This document shows, piece by piece, positions 9,751-21,272 of a DNA stretch of 64,000 nucleotides (within the stretch, counting starts at the first letter, position 1; each line of letters starts with the position of its first letter). The notes beneath the pieces are model-generated. The model searched no databases. It was given only the letters and a program-made list of their open reading frames with translations, and was not told where the DNA came from. The position numbers and the translations under genes are program-made. The DNA is from Patescibacteria group bacterium. Lineage in GTDB: Bacteria > Patescibacteriota > Microgenomatia > UBA1400 > PJMF01. Where the stretch lies: positions 131,271 to 195,270 of the forward strand of contig BOKR01000001.1 in assembly GCA_016861085.1 (NCBI GenBank), in the 5' to 3' direction.

Positions 9751-11037
9751 ATGACCATTGCCAAAATTTATGCACAAGAAATTCTTGATTCTCGAGGGAA
9801 TCCAACTGTAGAAGCCAAAGTTACGCTCGAAGGCGGTGTTTCTGCGACTGCTTCAGTTCCCTCTGGTGCTTCAACAGGGTCACATGAAGCCCTAGAGTTA
9901 CGAGACGAAAAAAGTGATCGCTACTTAGGTAAAGATGTGATGCAGGCTGTAGAGAATGTGAATACCTGGATTGCTGCGGAACTCACAGGTATGGAAGTGA
10001 CTGATCAAAAAGCAATCGATGACAAAATGATTCAGCTTGATGGTACAGAAACAAAAAGTAAACTTGGTGCAAACGCTATTTTGGCAGTTTCTATGGCAGT
10101 TACTAAAGCAGCAGCCGCTTCACTCGAAATGCCGTTATATCAGTATGTGGCTCGCTTGTTTGGCAATTCGGAAACAGAGTTCATTATTCCAATTCCCATG
10201 ATGAATGTGCTCAATGGTGGAAGACATGCAATTGGGTCAACAGACATGCAAGAATATATGTTGATGCCGGTTGGTGCGCCGAATGTCGAAGAGGCTGTTC
10301 GTTGGGGGTCCGAGGTATTCCATGTATTAGGGAAAATGCTCCAAGAAAAAGGCTTTCAAATTACGGTTGGGGATGAGGGTGGCTATGCACCTTCGTTGAA
10401 GCGGAACGAGGAGCCGTTTGAGTTGATGATCGCTGCTATCAAGGAGGCAGGATACAAGCCTGGAGAAGAAATAGCCATCGCGCAAGATCCGGCAGCGAGT
10501 GAATTTTACGAAAATGGCAAATATGTTTTTAAAACTGAGAGTAGAGAACTAACCAGTACAGAAATGGTAGCGCTGTATACAGATTGGATTGAAAAATACC
10601 CAATTGTTTCAATTGAGGATGGTCTGGCTGAAGACGATTGGGATGGATTCGTAGCTTTGAACAAAGCGATTGGTGATCGAGTGCAATTGGTTGGCGATGA
10701 TTTATATGTGACAAATATCAAGCGTTTGCAAAAAGGAATTGATCTAGGTGCTGGCAATTCAATTTTGATAAAACTGAATCAAATCGGAACGGTAACAGAA
10801 ACGATCGCTGCAATTAAACTTGCAAAAGAAAACAGAATGACCGCGATTGTTTCTCACAGGTCTGGGGAAACAGAAGATACGTTTATTGCAGATTTTGTAG
10901 TAGGTGCCGGAACTGGACAGATAAAAACTGGCTCACTTTCAAGAAGTGAGCGAGTTGCAAAATACAATCGGTTGATGAGGATTGAGCGCGAGCTTGGCGA
11001 GCGCGCACATTACGCACAGTTTCCGTTCACTAAATGA
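9751..11037 (+). CDS. eno: enolase
   Basis: 428 aa. [26 protein letters not shown] and other enolase signatures are present. Confidence 0.95.
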   Translation: MTIAKIYAQEILDSRGNPTVEAKVTLEGGVSATASVPSGASTGSHEALELRDEKSDRYLGKDVMQAVENVNTWIAAELTGMEVTDQKAIDDKMIQLDGTETKSKLGANAILAVSMAVTKAAAASLEMPLYQYVARLFGNSETEFIIPIPMMNVLNGGRHAIGSTDMQEYMLMPVGAPNVEEAVRWGSEVFHVLGKMLQEKGFQITVGDEGGYAPSLKRNEEPFELMIAAIKEAGYKPGEEIAIAQDPAASEFYENGKYVFKTESRELTSTEMVALYTDWIEKYPIVSIEDGLAEDDWDGFVALNKAIGDRVQLVGDDLYVTNIKRLQKGIDLGAGNSILIKLNQIGTVTETIAAIKLAKENRMTAIVSHRSGETEDTFIADFVVGAGTGQIKTGSLSRSERVAKYNRLMRIERELGERAHYAQFPFTK

Positions 11038-12142
11038 TTAGCATCCCGTCACCAAAAGAATAGAATCGATAGTTATTTTTAATTGCGTGCTTATATGCTT
11101 TGCCAGCAGAAGTCTCTAAGAATGTTATAAAATTTTGGTCTGTGTTTGGAGCGGTTACAAATGCAGAAACGAGCATTAACAAGGTTGATTTTGGTAAGTG
11201 AAAATTAGTGATTAATCCATCAACTATTTTGTACTCATACCCTGGATACATAAATATTTCAGTTTCACCATTTTTTGCTTGTATAGTGCACTTATCACTT
11301 TTACACAAAGAAACCGATTCAAGCACGCGGGCCGAAGTTGTTCCTACACAAATTATTTTTCCTCCTTCTGCTTTTGTTTTATTAATTAGATCTGCAGTTT
11401 CTTGTGTGATCTCAAACCATTCAGAGTGCATGTGATGCTCTAGAATATTCTCGTTTTTGACTGGAAGAAAAGTGCCAAGACCAACGTGTAATGTAACTTC
11501 TGCAATTTGTATTCCTTTGGCTAACAGTTTCTGTTCAAGTTCCTTAGTGAAGTGTAATCCTGCAGTTGGGGCTGCTGCGCTGCCGTCATATTTAGCATAA
11601 ATGGTTTGATATTTTTTGCGAATAGCATCACTGTCATTTACAGTGTCTGCAATATATGGGGGCAGGGGAGTGATACCAATTTTTTCTAGGGTCTCTATAA
11701 ATTGGGGTCCCATTTGATTGAACTCTATAATGCGTGTATATAGTTTGCTTTTTGTTGAAAGGCATTGAGCTACTAAATGAGTTTTTTCTCCAGAGGGTAG
11801 AGCAGAGTCAAAGAAAATTTTTTGGTTCGGTTTTAGACCTGGTTTAGTAATACATTCCCAAGTTTCAGTAGCACCTGAATGGGCGATTTTTTTTGTTAAT
11901 AGAATCTCAACTTTGCCTCCAGTTTCTTTTGTCCCAAAAATCCGAGCTGGAATAACTTTTGTATTGTTGCGAACCAAAAGATCGCCGGGTTGTAAATACT
12001 CTGCCAGATTATAAAAATGATCATCAATTATTTTCCCAGAATATTTATTTAAAATTAACAACTTACTTGTATCACGAGGATCGGCAGGAACTTTGGCGAT
12101 TTTGTCGTTGGGTAATTGGTAGTTAAAATTTGATAATTTCAT
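11030..12142 (-). CDS. queA: S-adenosylmethionine:tRNA ribosyltransferase-isomerase
   Basis: 370 aa. FNYQLP..IA..P...RD.SKLL and [15 protein letters not shown] are typical QueA motifs. Confidence 0.9.
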   Translation of the reverse strand: MKLSNFNYQLPNDKIAKVPADPRDTSKLLILNKYSGKIIDDHFYNLAEYLQPGDLLVRNNTKVIPARIFGTKETGGKVEILLTKKIAHSGATETWECITKPGLKPNQKIFFDSALPSGEKTHLVAQCLSTKSKLYTRIIEFNQMGPQFIETLEKIGITPLPPYIADTVNDSDAIRKKYQTIYAKYDGSAAAPTAGLHFTKELEQKLLAKGIQIAEVTLHVGLGTFLPVKNENILEHHMHSEWFEITQETADLINKTKAEGGKIICVGTTSARVLESVSLCKSDKCTIQAKNGETEIFMYPGYEYKIVDGLITNFHLPKSTLLMLVSAFVTAPNTDQNFITFLETSAGKAYKHAIKNNYRFYSFGDGMLII

Positions 12143-12177
12143 ACTGTAGAGTGATTACTTGAAGTCATATTATATAA

Positions 12178-13377
<1,200 letters not shown>

Positions 13378-13403
13378 TTTGCGTTTCATCTATACTGGTG
13401 TGA

Positions 13404-14333
13404 ATGAATGTAAAAAAACGTACTGCCCCCAAAAAAAGAGTTTCTACTGAGAAAAGAAATTCCCGATTTGTGATGTTTTTGAGACGAATATTTTTTACCA
13501 TTTTTGTAATTGCTTTGTTAGTGGGTGCACTATACTTTTTCGTTTTACCTTCGATTGTGAACCGCGACACTGATGACAAAAATATAGTGATCGTTTCTGA
13601 TAGATTAGATGTTCCTAGCAAATATATTTATTTCGCACATATTTCAAGTAGCGGCCAAAAAAGCACTGTGCTTCGCATTGATTCTGAACAAAGTGTAGAA
13701 GTTCCCGGTGGGTATGGTGAATACCCGCTACAATCGATGTATCAACTACTACTCATTGATAAAAAAGAGAAGCAGTTTATGACAGCTGCATACTCGCAGT
13801 TATTTGGAATTCCGGTAGATACAATCGTTGCAGTTGCAGACCCACTGGATGAAATCGAAGGGTCTGAATTCTCTGCATTTTTCTTTTCAAGCTTTATAAA
13901 ACAGTTGGGGCAAGTAAACTTAGATTCAGTTGGGACACTGCTTTATTTACATTACCGAACAAAAGAGGTTACTTCTCTCTCAGCAAAAAACTTAGCGGAT
14001 GTAGCTTCCTATCAGCATGAATTTTCTACTGTTTCTAGCGAAGTATCTCAATACTGTTCAGTTGCTGTAATTAATGCGACAGGGGAGAATGGTGTGGCAA
14101 GAAAAGTTGGGGATGTTATTGAAAATTCGGGGGCAGTTGTAGTCAGGGTTGACGACATCCCTCAAGTGCAAGAACAAACAAAAATATTTTATGGTGAGGA
14201 GCCTGTGAACTGCATTAAGCTGGTCGAGAACATATTAGGAATATTTCCACAAAGACCAGAGGTATTACCACTGGCTGAGCTAGAAGATGCACAACAGTAT
14301 CGGGCCAAGGTAGTTGTTATAGTTGGAAAATAA
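13404..14333 (+). CDS. membrane-anchored protein with LytR_C-like C-terminal domain (possible LCP-associated)
   Basis: 309 aa with a single N-terminal transmembrane helix. The C-terminal region (VAVINATGENGVARKVGDVIE..AVVVRVDD) resembles the LytR C-terminal domain. Tentative. Confidence 0.35.
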   Translation: MNVKKRTAPKKRVSTEKRNSRFVMFLRRIFFTIFVIALLVGALYFFVLPSIVNRDTDDKNIVIVSDRLDVPSKYIYFAHISSSGQKSTVLRIDSEQSVEVPGGYGEYPLQSMYQLLLIDKKEKQFMTAAYSQLFGIPVDTIVAVADPLDEIEGSEFSAFFFSSFIKQLGQVNLDSVGTLLYLHYRTKEVTSLSAKNLADVASYQHEFSTVSSEVSQYCSVAVINATGENGVARKVGDVIENSGAVVVRVDDIPQVQEQTKIFYGEEPVNCIKLVENILGIFPQRPEVLPLAELEDAQQYRAKVVVIVGK

Positions 14334-14341
14334 CGCAAAAA

Positions 14342-15085
14342 TTATTCTAGATCATCGTCATCAGAATCAAGGCGATCTTCAAAAGTTCTCTCTGTGTCAG
14401 TATCTGTTTCAACAATCTCAACTGGAATGTTTTCTTCTAGAATTACAGCTTCATCAAGATCACTTAAAGGATTGAGTGACATCTTGCTTGGTGGGAACGA
14501 GTGGGTTCCGACGTTTTTTTCAGATTGAAATGTCTCTTTGAGAAAGACATCGCAGTTTTTAGGATTACAAGAACGGATCAAGCAGTCATAAGTGTTTCCT
14601 GCGTTAATTAGTTTTGTGAGTCGAAAAGAAAGATCCTCAGGAAGTGCACCAATATATTTCCCGTCAATTTCTACAGAAATAAATCGGTTCTTAATAATGA
14701 GTTGGCATTCTTTTCCAACGCTGACAGTGTCTAAAACATTTTTGCCAGCAAGTCTAAATAGAGGAACCGTTTTTGTTTTTCCAGGTTCTTCAATAAAATG
14801 GCTTTTGCTGAATGATGGAGCAATACAGGCTTGATTGTTTTCAAGTTTTTCAAGATGTTTGGCAGCTATTTTGTTGTTTTTATCGAGTTCTAAAACTGTA
14901 GTAAATGCTTGTTTTGCATCTTTTGTTTTTCCAAGCTGTACATATGCAATGCCAAGTCTGTTGAGGGCATTAGTATTTTCTGGAGTTAATTCCAGAATTT
15001 GAAGGTTGTGTTCGACAGCTTGATCCCAGTCACCATTTTTGGCGTCTTTGATAGCTAAATTTCGCAGGTCTGTTTGTAGACTCAT
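14342..15085 (-). CDS. TPR-repeat protein with acidic C-terminal tail
   Basis: 247 aa with N-terminal TPR-like repeats (ALNRLGIAYVQLGKTKDAKQAF) and a DSDDDDLE terminus. Confidence 0.5.
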   Translation of the reverse strand: MSLQTDLRNLAIKDAKNGDWDQAVEHNLQILELTPENTNALNRLGIAYVQLGKTKDAKQAFTTVLELDKNNKIAAKHLEKLENNQACIAPSFSKSHFIEEPGKTKTVPLFRLAGKNVLDTVSVGKECQLIIKNRFISVEIDGKYIGALPEDLSFRLTKLINAGNTYDCLIRSCNPKNCDVFLKETFQSEKNVGTHSFPPSKMSLNPLSDLDEAVILEENIPVEIVETDTDTERTFEDRLDSDDDDLE

Positions 15086-15218
15086 GGTTTGATACTCCTC
15101 AGCTTTTTGTATCTATTTTTTGCTATTTATTGTCGAGAAAGAATACCTTTGAATGACAGCTATGTCAACATTCAATTTATGGTCTACTGTGCTAGAATAG
15201 CTGCAAAGGAAAACATGT

Positions 15219-15785
15219 ATGGCAGGTCATAGCAAATGGCACAATATACAGCAAAGAAAAGGCGTTGTTGATGCCAAAAGAGCCAAAGTTTTTGGCCAAA
15301 TATCAAAGTTAATTAGAATTGCCGTAAAACAAGGTGGTTCAGGAGATCCCAAATTTAATGCAGGACTAAGAGTAGTTCTTGATAAGGCTAGAGCCGCGAA
15401 TATGCCAATGGTCAACATTGATCGAGCTATTCAGCGTGGACTAGGAAAAACTGCAAGTGGTGGATCAATTCAAGAAATTGTCTATGAAGGATTTGGGCCT
15501 GGTGGAGTGGCTATATTAGCTGTTGGTCTGACTGATAATCCAAATAGGACAGCGGGTGAAGTCAAATTTGCGTTTAGCAGAAATGGGGGTTCGCTTGGAG
15601 GTCCAGGGAGCGCAATGTACATGTTTAAACGAGACCCTGAAGGTGGATATGTTTGCACAATGCCTCTAGAAGTTGATGAAGAGACCGCTGGGCAAGTATT
15701 GGATTTGGCAGATGCTCTTCGAGAACTTGATGACATTGAGGATGTATATTTGGCAGCAGATATTGAAGAAGAAACTGAAGAATAA
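15219..15785 (+). CDS. yebC: YebC/PmpR family DNA-binding regulator (short)
   Basis: 188 aa. MAGHSKWHNIQQRKGVVDAKRAKVF is the canonical YebC N-terminus. Confidence 0.8.
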   Translation: MAGHSKWHNIQQRKGVVDAKRAKVFGQISKLIRIAVKQGGSGDPKFNAGLRVVLDKARAANMPMVNIDRAIQRGLGKTASGGSIQEIVYEGFGPGGVAILAVGLTDNPNRTAGEVKFAFSRNGGSLGGPGSAMYMFKRDPEGGYVCTMPLEVDEETAGQVLDLADALRELDDIEDVYLAADIEEETEE

Positions 15786-15808
15786 GAAGTATTTGGATAT
15801 TCAAAAAT

Positions 15809-16576
15809 ATGCGACGTAGAGAAAAATTTGTTGTTGCCTCAGTTGTTTCTACGCTTGGACTCATTGGAGTTCAATATACTTTTTTAGAAATCCGCTACAT
15901 TGCAATTGCTATATTTGTGGTGTTTACGTATCTGATTTCAACTTGGGCCTTAGCTGATGATTTACAGCCTCATGAGCGGTTCACAATCATTCCTTTCACT
16001 GCAATCTACGCAGCTGCAGTGTCACTATTCTATTTTTTGCTTCCTGAAAGTTTTATTTCTCAAGCAGCAATTGTACTGTTGTTTGGGGTGGGGATGTACG
16101 CCTTGTTTTTGACATCAAATATTTTTTCTGTTGCAAAAGGCAGAACCATTCAGCTCGTGCATGCTGCTAATGCGATATCGGGGTTATTTGGTGTTTTGAT
16201 TTCACTGCTGTTTTCCAATACGGTTTTTTCTTTGAAGTTGCCGTTTTACTTGAACATGCTATTAATTGGGTTGGTTCATCTGCCACTCATTTTTATGCTG
16301 TTATGGTCTGTAAACCTCGAAAATCGGGTTGAAAAAGATGTTGTGGGGTTCTCAATGGTACTAACCCTAGTTTTGATGGAACTTGCTTTGGTTTTGTCGT
16401 TCTTTCCGCTCGGAATTTGGTACTATGCGTTGTTTATTATGTCATTCTTTTATATTGGTATTGGATTGATGCAAAGCTTTATTCGCGGTCGTTTGTTTGT
16501 GAGAATCTTAGTTGAGTACTCATTAGTAGCCGGTTTTGTGGGCATTGTCTTTCTATCTGTTGTGCCGTTTAAATAA
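15809..16576 (+). CDS. integral membrane protein (hypothetical)
   Basis: 255 aa with about 7 hydrophobic segments. Confidence 0.45.
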   Translation: MRRREKFVVASVVSTLGLIGVQYTFLEIRYIAIAIFVVFTYLISTWALADDLQPHERFTIIPFTAIYAAAVSLFYFLLPESFISQAAIVLLFGVGMYALFLTSNIFSVAKGRTIQLVHAANAISGLFGVLISLLFSNTVFSLKLPFYLNMLLIGLVHLPLIFMLLWSVNLENRVEKDVVGFSMVLTLVLMELALVLSFFPLGIWYYALFIMSFFYIGIGLMQSFIRGRLFVRILVEYSLVAGFVGIVFLSVVPFK

Positions 16577-16607
16577 GATTTTCAATCTGGTGATATAATT
16601 TGTTTTC

Positions 16608-17345
16608 ATGAAAAAACTGATAGATTCTACAGGTTTAGTTGGCAATACATATGATTTGCTGGGGCTGGAGAAGAAGAGTCCTCTACTCAGGAGAGTAAAA
16701 ATACTAATTGAAGCAATACAAAGTGTTGATGTTGGTGGATGTGAAGGTAGTAAGTTTTTGATGATCGTTTTGCTTCAAGAATTAGGGAGAATCACATACT
16801 TTGCGAAAGAATATAAGTACAATGCTCGAGCAACTAACAAATTTGATTTTAGTTCATATGAAAACACGCTAAGTAAAGTAGCTGCAGTTGTTGAAGCCTA
16901 TACTTTGCTAAGAAAAAAGGGCTATCTAGTGCCTGAATTTGCGGCTTACTTCATAAATACCCAGACTGAAACGATGTATATGATTTCTTCTGACATGACA
17001 GAAGGTGGAAAATATATTGTTTGGGGCTTGAGTGATTCGATGACAGATGTTCAAAATCAAGATTTTGTTCAAATGAAGATAACACCAGATGACTATTCCA
17101 AGATTAAAAGACTGGTCTCGGACGTGGTGAAACAGGCAAATAGGGATAGAGTATATTTAGATTGCTACCATTTCCATTTACGGCAAGAGAAGAAAACTAG
17201 GAAGTTTGAGATCTGCTTACTAGATGTAAGCATGGCTGTCATAAAGCATACACATAGGCAGGCAGACGATATAGCGCTGCATAACATGGAAGAAAGTCGA
17301 GTTTTTTTGGAGGCAGTTTTGCAGGGTAAGAATAACGTCCTATAA
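16608..17345 (+). CDS. hypothetical protein
   Basis: 245-aa ORF with no recognised motifs. Confidence 0.4.
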   Translation: MKKLIDSTGLVGNTYDLLGLEKKSPLLRRVKILIEAIQSVDVGGCEGSKFLMIVLLQELGRITYFAKEYKYNARATNKFDFSSYENTLSKVAAVVEAYTLLRKKGYLVPEFAAYFINTQTETMYMISSDMTEGGKYIVWGLSDSMTDVQNQDFVQMKITPDDYSKIKRLVSDVVKQANRDRVYLDCYHFHLRQEKKTRKFEICLLDVSMAVIKHTHRQADDIALHNMEESRVFLEAVLQGKNNVL

Positions 17346-17549
17346 TATAAGGGGAGAAGAACAGAGCAATAAGCCTGGAAACTAAGAATAAAACAGTGTT
17401 CTATGAGGTACTTGAAGATTTCGAAAAAATACATTTAAAAAGGTTGCATTTAAAGTTTGGTTTCCAGATTGGGTGTAAGAATTTTAATGAAAAAAACTAG
17501 GGAAGAGGTGCTAGAAAAAATCAGACAAACCAGGCAGAGAAGAGGAAAG

Positions 17550-17592
17550 TGATATAGTTTGATATAGCAAATGATTGATATAGTTTGAAATA
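17550..17592. repeat. iteron-like direct repeats (TGATATAGTTTGA x2 plus GATATAG variants)
   Basis: TGATATAGTTTGA occurs at 17550-17562 and again at 17575-17587. GATATAGCAA and GAAATAG variants lie in between. The surrounding intergenic region (about 1 kb) is AT-rich. Confidence 0.6.
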
Positions 17593-18343
17593 GAGAAGAG
17601 GCCTATAATAAATGTGGATAACTTATACAGTATGCCTGGTGGTTTAGTTATTAAAAGCTTCGATGCAAAAATAATCTAAACTAAACATTTCAGGATGTGA
17701 ATGCCTGGTGCTTTGGTATCGGGGTCCTCGTGAAAAGAGTGTGAAAATGAATAAAACCCGAATAGGTTTTGGTGCATATTTGAGTACAAAAAGTACTTTC
17801 AGCGAGAGACCTGAGAGGGGTTGTTTTGCAAAGAGACACAGTTGTGTGGAAGGAGTGGCACAAAGCCTACCCCAGAGCAGAGATGTACCGATATTTCAAA
17901 AAGTTCTGTAGCCCCAATCGGTTTGTTCCCTATTCGTTGGTGGGGTATGGATTTCCAGATTTGTGTTATGTCGCACAATATTACTTTTACGACATAAGCT
18001 ATAAAATCTCGGTTGTGGTTGTTTTTAAGTATTCCCCGATATGTACTGCCAATATCTAGCTTTTTTTTTATTTTTTGTTTTTATATCGTCTTTTTCTTTT
18101 TATTCTTCCCTGTCTTCTTGGTTGTCTAGTCTTTTTAATTGCTATTATTTCTTTTGACTGCATTTGAGGCTTTTTGAAGTACTTAAAACCGTTTTTTTGA
18201 CGACCGATAAGCCGTTTATAAACTAAAAAGCCGATTTTGGGCTTTTAAATTGCCTTTTATCTGGTGGATAGCGATTTTTCTTGACTACTGTGATACAATC
18301 TCACAAATTTTGAAAAATATTCAAAATACAAAGGAAAACAGTT

Positions 18344-18820
18344 ATGAAACGACTTATTGTTGAAGGTGAACGTGAGCGACAAGCGTCAGATCGTAAAGAT
18401 GCTTTAAAGCAGCAATTTCAAAACATTGAACATCGAATTAAAAAAAGCTGGGAGCTTTATAAAAGATACTTAAGAAAAAATCAGCCGGAGTCTGCTCAAA
18501 AACAGAAAATTGTTGTGTATGATGCACTCTATGATTTTTTTTCTAAAATGTATGACGACGGTTTGTTAATATATTTGAATGGACAGTCAGCAAGTGCTGA
18601 AGATTTCAGATTATATAAACGAGATATTGATCAGTCGCTTGTAGATAATTTTACTCAGGATCTGTTTGTCTGGTTTGCTCTTACGCTTGGTTTGGTTGAG
18701 GTCAAGGAGATTAACGAAATGGTCAACTACATTACAGCAAAATTTGCCCAGACAGTCCCTAATGATCGTGAAGTTCAAGCATTCCTATCTCTTACAGCAT
18801 CAGGATATCTTCTGAACTAA
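18344..18820 (+). CDS. hypothetical protein
   Basis: 158-aa ORF with an SD-like AAGGAAAACAGTTATG. No recognised homology. Confidence 0.4.
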   Translation: MKRLIVEGERERQASDRKDALKQQFQNIEHRIKKSWELYKRYLRKNQPESAQKQKIVVYDALYDFFSKMYDDGLLIYLNGQSASAEDFRLYKRDIDQSLVDNFTQDLFVWFALTLGLVEVKEINEMVNYITAKFAQTVPNDREVQAFLSLTASGYLLN

Positions 18821-19018
18821 CTGAACTCAGATTCGTTTTGCGTCGCACAATATTCTGTTTTTTTGTGTATACTCTTTTTAGTTCATGAATGTCAGTTCGT
18901 TAACATGCTGTGAGTGAATGCTATACTCCCCTTTCTTACTCTCTTGGGGGACACTAGGGAAACATAACTGTATTAAATACTTAATAAGTCCTCTTTTTTG
19001 GAATTTTTATTCATATTT

Positions 19019-19033
19019 ATATCAAACTATATC
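19019..19033. repeat. inverted copy of the TGATATAGTTTGATA 15-mer
   Basis: TATCAAACTATATCA is the reverse complement of the 15-mer found at 17550-17564. Confidence 0.6.
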
Positions 19034-19087
19034 AAAAATGAGTATGTGAAAAAGATTGATATGGCAACATTTATATTTTTAAATCAA

Positions 19088-19118
19088 AATTAGCAGAGAC
19101 ATAGTAAGACTGCTAAAA
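19088..19118. repeat. palindromic element, copy C (ATTAGCAG..CTGCTAA)
   Basis: AATTAGCAGagacatagtaagaCTGCTAAaa. It shares its arms with the copies at 51838 and 62344 and sits about 65 nt upstream of the recombinase gene. Confidence 0.6.
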
Positions 19119-19182
19119 ACTCATAGTATTTTGTCAAATAAGTAAACTATAGCAAGGCGTACAATAAGGGTAACAACACAAT

Positions 19183-20118
19183 ATGGCACTTTCAACTAAC
19201 CCACAAAAAGCATTACTAACTTTTATTGAACATCTTGAAGTGGAGCGTAACGTTAGTCGTCTTACAATTCGCAATTATTCCCATTACATTCGGCGATTTA
19301 ACGAATGGTTCTTAAATGAAGGCTACAAAGATTTGAAGGAATTGGATCAAGATATCGTACGCAGTTACCGCGTGTATTTGTCACGATATGTTGATGAAGT
19401 TGGCCGTACTCTATCTAAGCGAACACAGAGTTACTACATTATTGCACTGCGGTCTTTGCTGAAGTTTATGGTCAAAAATGATGCTCCGGTGCTACATCCT
19501 GAAAAGATTGATTTGCCAAAAGCTGAGTCCCAACATATGGAATTCTTGAATATTGAACGGATTGAACGACTGCTGAATCAGCCCTCATTGTCAGCAAAAG
19601 GCGGATTACGAGATAAAGCTATTCTAGAAGTTTTGTTTTCAACGGGTTTGCGTGTGAGTGAGTTGGTGGGGTTAAACCGCGACCAAATCGACTTGCAAAA
19701 ACGAGAGTTTGGGGTGATCGGAAAAGGTCGACGGCCTCGGGTTGTATTTTTAAGTGAACGGGCTGCGTATTGGTTGGATAAGTATATGGCTTCAAGAACT
19801 GATAATTGGGACCCTGTGTTCATTCGCTATTCTGGGCAAAAACCTGAGTTGTTAGCTGACGGTGAAGAAATGCGGTTGACTACCAGAAGCGTGCAGCGGT
19901 TGGTTGATACCTATTGTAGGAAGGCTAAGTTACCTATAAAAATTAGTCCGCACGGGATCAGGCATAGTTTTGCAACTGATTTATTGTCGAATGGCGCTTC
20001 TTTAAGGGATGTCCAAGAGATGCTCGGGCATAAAAATATTGCTACTACGCAGATTTATACTCATGTAACCAGGCCTGAGTTGAGGAAGTCGCACGAGAAG
20101 CATCATTCTGAGTTGTGA
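19183..20118 (+). CDS. tyrosine recombinase, XerC/XerD family
   Basis: 311 aa with an N-terminal SAM-like core-binding domain. The C-terminal catalytic motifs are RHSFATDLL...LGH...TQIYTHV (the R..H..R..Y arrangement). Confidence 0.85.
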   Translation: MALSTNPQKALLTFIEHLEVERNVSRLTIRNYSHYIRRFNEWFLNEGYKDLKELDQDIVRSYRVYLSRYVDEVGRTLSKRTQSYYIIALRSLLKFMVKNDAPVLHPEKIDLPKAESQHMEFLNIERIERLLNQPSLSAKGGLRDKAILEVLFSTGLRVSELVGLNRDQIDLQKREFGVIGKGRRPRVVFLSERAAYWLDKYMASRTDNWDPVFIRYSGQKPELLADGEEMRLTTRSVQRLVDTYCRKAKLPIKISPHGIRHSFATDLLSNGASLRDVQEMLGHKNIATTQIYTHVTRPELRKSHEKHHSEL

Positions 20119-20329
20119 CTTGGGAGAATATATTCCTGATATTTTGTTTCTTGGTTGAAATTTACTATATCAAATTATAAATAATGATATAAAACTATAG
20201 GATTTTAACCATGCAAATCTGTGAATTCCCTACTCTTTTACTGATGTAATAATATATGTTATGAAATATTTTGATAGTAATTATGGGTTGTTAAGGTGAA
20301 CGAGGTTGCGAGAATAATTATTTTTGGGC

Positions 20330-20364
20330 AAAAAAATGCCCCCTGACTAAATTGTCAGGGGGCT
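20330..20364 (-). terminator. rho-independent terminator of small peptide gene 1
   Basis: On the minus strand: GCCCCCTGACAATTTAGTCAGGGGGC followed by ATTTTTTTG. Confidence 0.65.
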
Positions 20365-20402
20365 GTTCCTTGCACGAGTTGTGCAGGGAACTTTCTTAAG
20401 GT

Positions 20403-20555
20403 TTATCCGCCAATTCCGAGCATGCCTGGAAGGCCGCCAGGGTTGGCAGTGAAAAATTGGGAGACCGCGGTAAAGACTACACATCCGGCGACTAACACAA
20501 CTATAATTACGAGGCCTACACCAATGATGTAGGTAAAAGAAAGTCTGTTTTTCAT
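20403..20555 (-). CDS. small hydrophobic peptide (50 aa, single transmembrane helix)
   Basis: An ORF not in the supplied track, found by manual translation: MKNRLSFTYIIGVGLVIIVVLVAGCVVFTAVSQFFTANPGGLPGMLGIGG. It has an SD-like GGTGAT 7 nt upstream, its own terminator, and a 5' leader paralogous to the one at 20900-21060. Confidence 0.45.
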   Translation of the reverse strand: MKNRLSFTYIIGVGLVIIVVLVAGCVVFTAVSQFFTANPGGLPGMLGIGG

Positions 20556-20805
20556 CTGAGATCACCATTTTGTTTTTTTCTCCTAGTGAGACTCGTATGA
20601 GTCGTTAACCCAGGAGTATCTCTGCTCGATGTTTGGATCGCAAGGATCCAGCACCAGGTAGAGATTCCTAAAGAATCATGTATTCTGATTTCTTAAGAAT
20701 TTCTACCTGTTTCATATTTTGGGGAAGGATTTTGCCCCTGCACTTCAAAGTGCAGGGGCAGGTTTCTAAAAGGATGATTCACCGAACATAAAAGTCCGGT
20801 TTTTT

Positions 20806-20898
20806 TTAGCCGCCGACGCTGTTAGCAGCGGCGGCCAAAAGCAAAAGAACGATGACCAACGTGATAAGAAACGCGTTGGCCCAGCCTTTCCATGACAT
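20806..20898 (-). CDS. small hydrophobic peptide (30 aa)
   Basis: Manual translation gives MSWKGWANAFLITLVIVLLLLAAAANSVGG. There is a strong SD (AAGGTG) 6 nt upstream. The leader is a conserved paralogue of the one upstream of peptide 1. Confidence 0.4.
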   Translation of the reverse strand: MSWKGWANAFLITLVIVLLLLAAAANSVGG

Positions 20899-21198
20899 TT
20901 TTTCACCTTATATTTTAGAAATTTCTCCAGAATTACGCTTTCGCCACTGGAGTTGATGTATCTTTGTTTGATATTCGAATCGCTATGGATTCGACATCCC
21001 ACAAAGATGCTTAAAAAATCATTCTTTTGATATCTTAAGGATCTCTGCGTACGTTTTTTTGTTAATGTGCTACAACTTCATTTGATTGAAATTGATATGC
21101 ATCCATTCTAGCATATTATAGGCTTAATGTCAAGTATGAGGCCTAGAATTAGACTTGTTTCTTCTCAAGTTATTCTGTAAAATACTTTTCTATAAAGA

Positions 21199-21272
21199 GG
21201 GCCTGTAGCGCAGCTGGTTAGCGCGTTTGTATGGCATACAAAAGGTCAGGGGTTCGAATCCCCTCAGGTCCA
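21199..21272 (+). tRNA. tRNA-Ala (anticodon GGC)
   Basis: A manual cloverleaf gives acceptor GGGCCTG/CAGGTCC with a G3:U70 wobble (the alanine identity element), anticodon stem TTTGT/ACAAA, loop ATGGCAT (anticodon GGC), a T-arm GGTTCGAATCC, and discriminator A. CCA is not encoded. Confidence 0.9.

Noticed and set aside
17613-17621. Perfect DnaA box TGTGGATAA, a possible oriC
   Set aside because: Only a single consensus box was found. No dnaA or dnaN gene is in the window and no box cluster is present. This is insufficient to call an origin.
17708-18059. Two small ORFs (67 and 77 aa) in the AT-rich 1-kb intergenic region
   Set aside because: No RBS, and the composition is typical of AT-rich non-coding DNA. 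The region is better explained as non-coding with repeats.
20734-20759. Hairpin GCCCCTGCACTT-CAAAG-TGCAGGGGC as an intrinsic terminator for small peptide gene 2
   Set aside because: It is a perfect stem but lacks a U-tract on the minus strand. It may still be a processing or stability element, so I did not call it a terminator.
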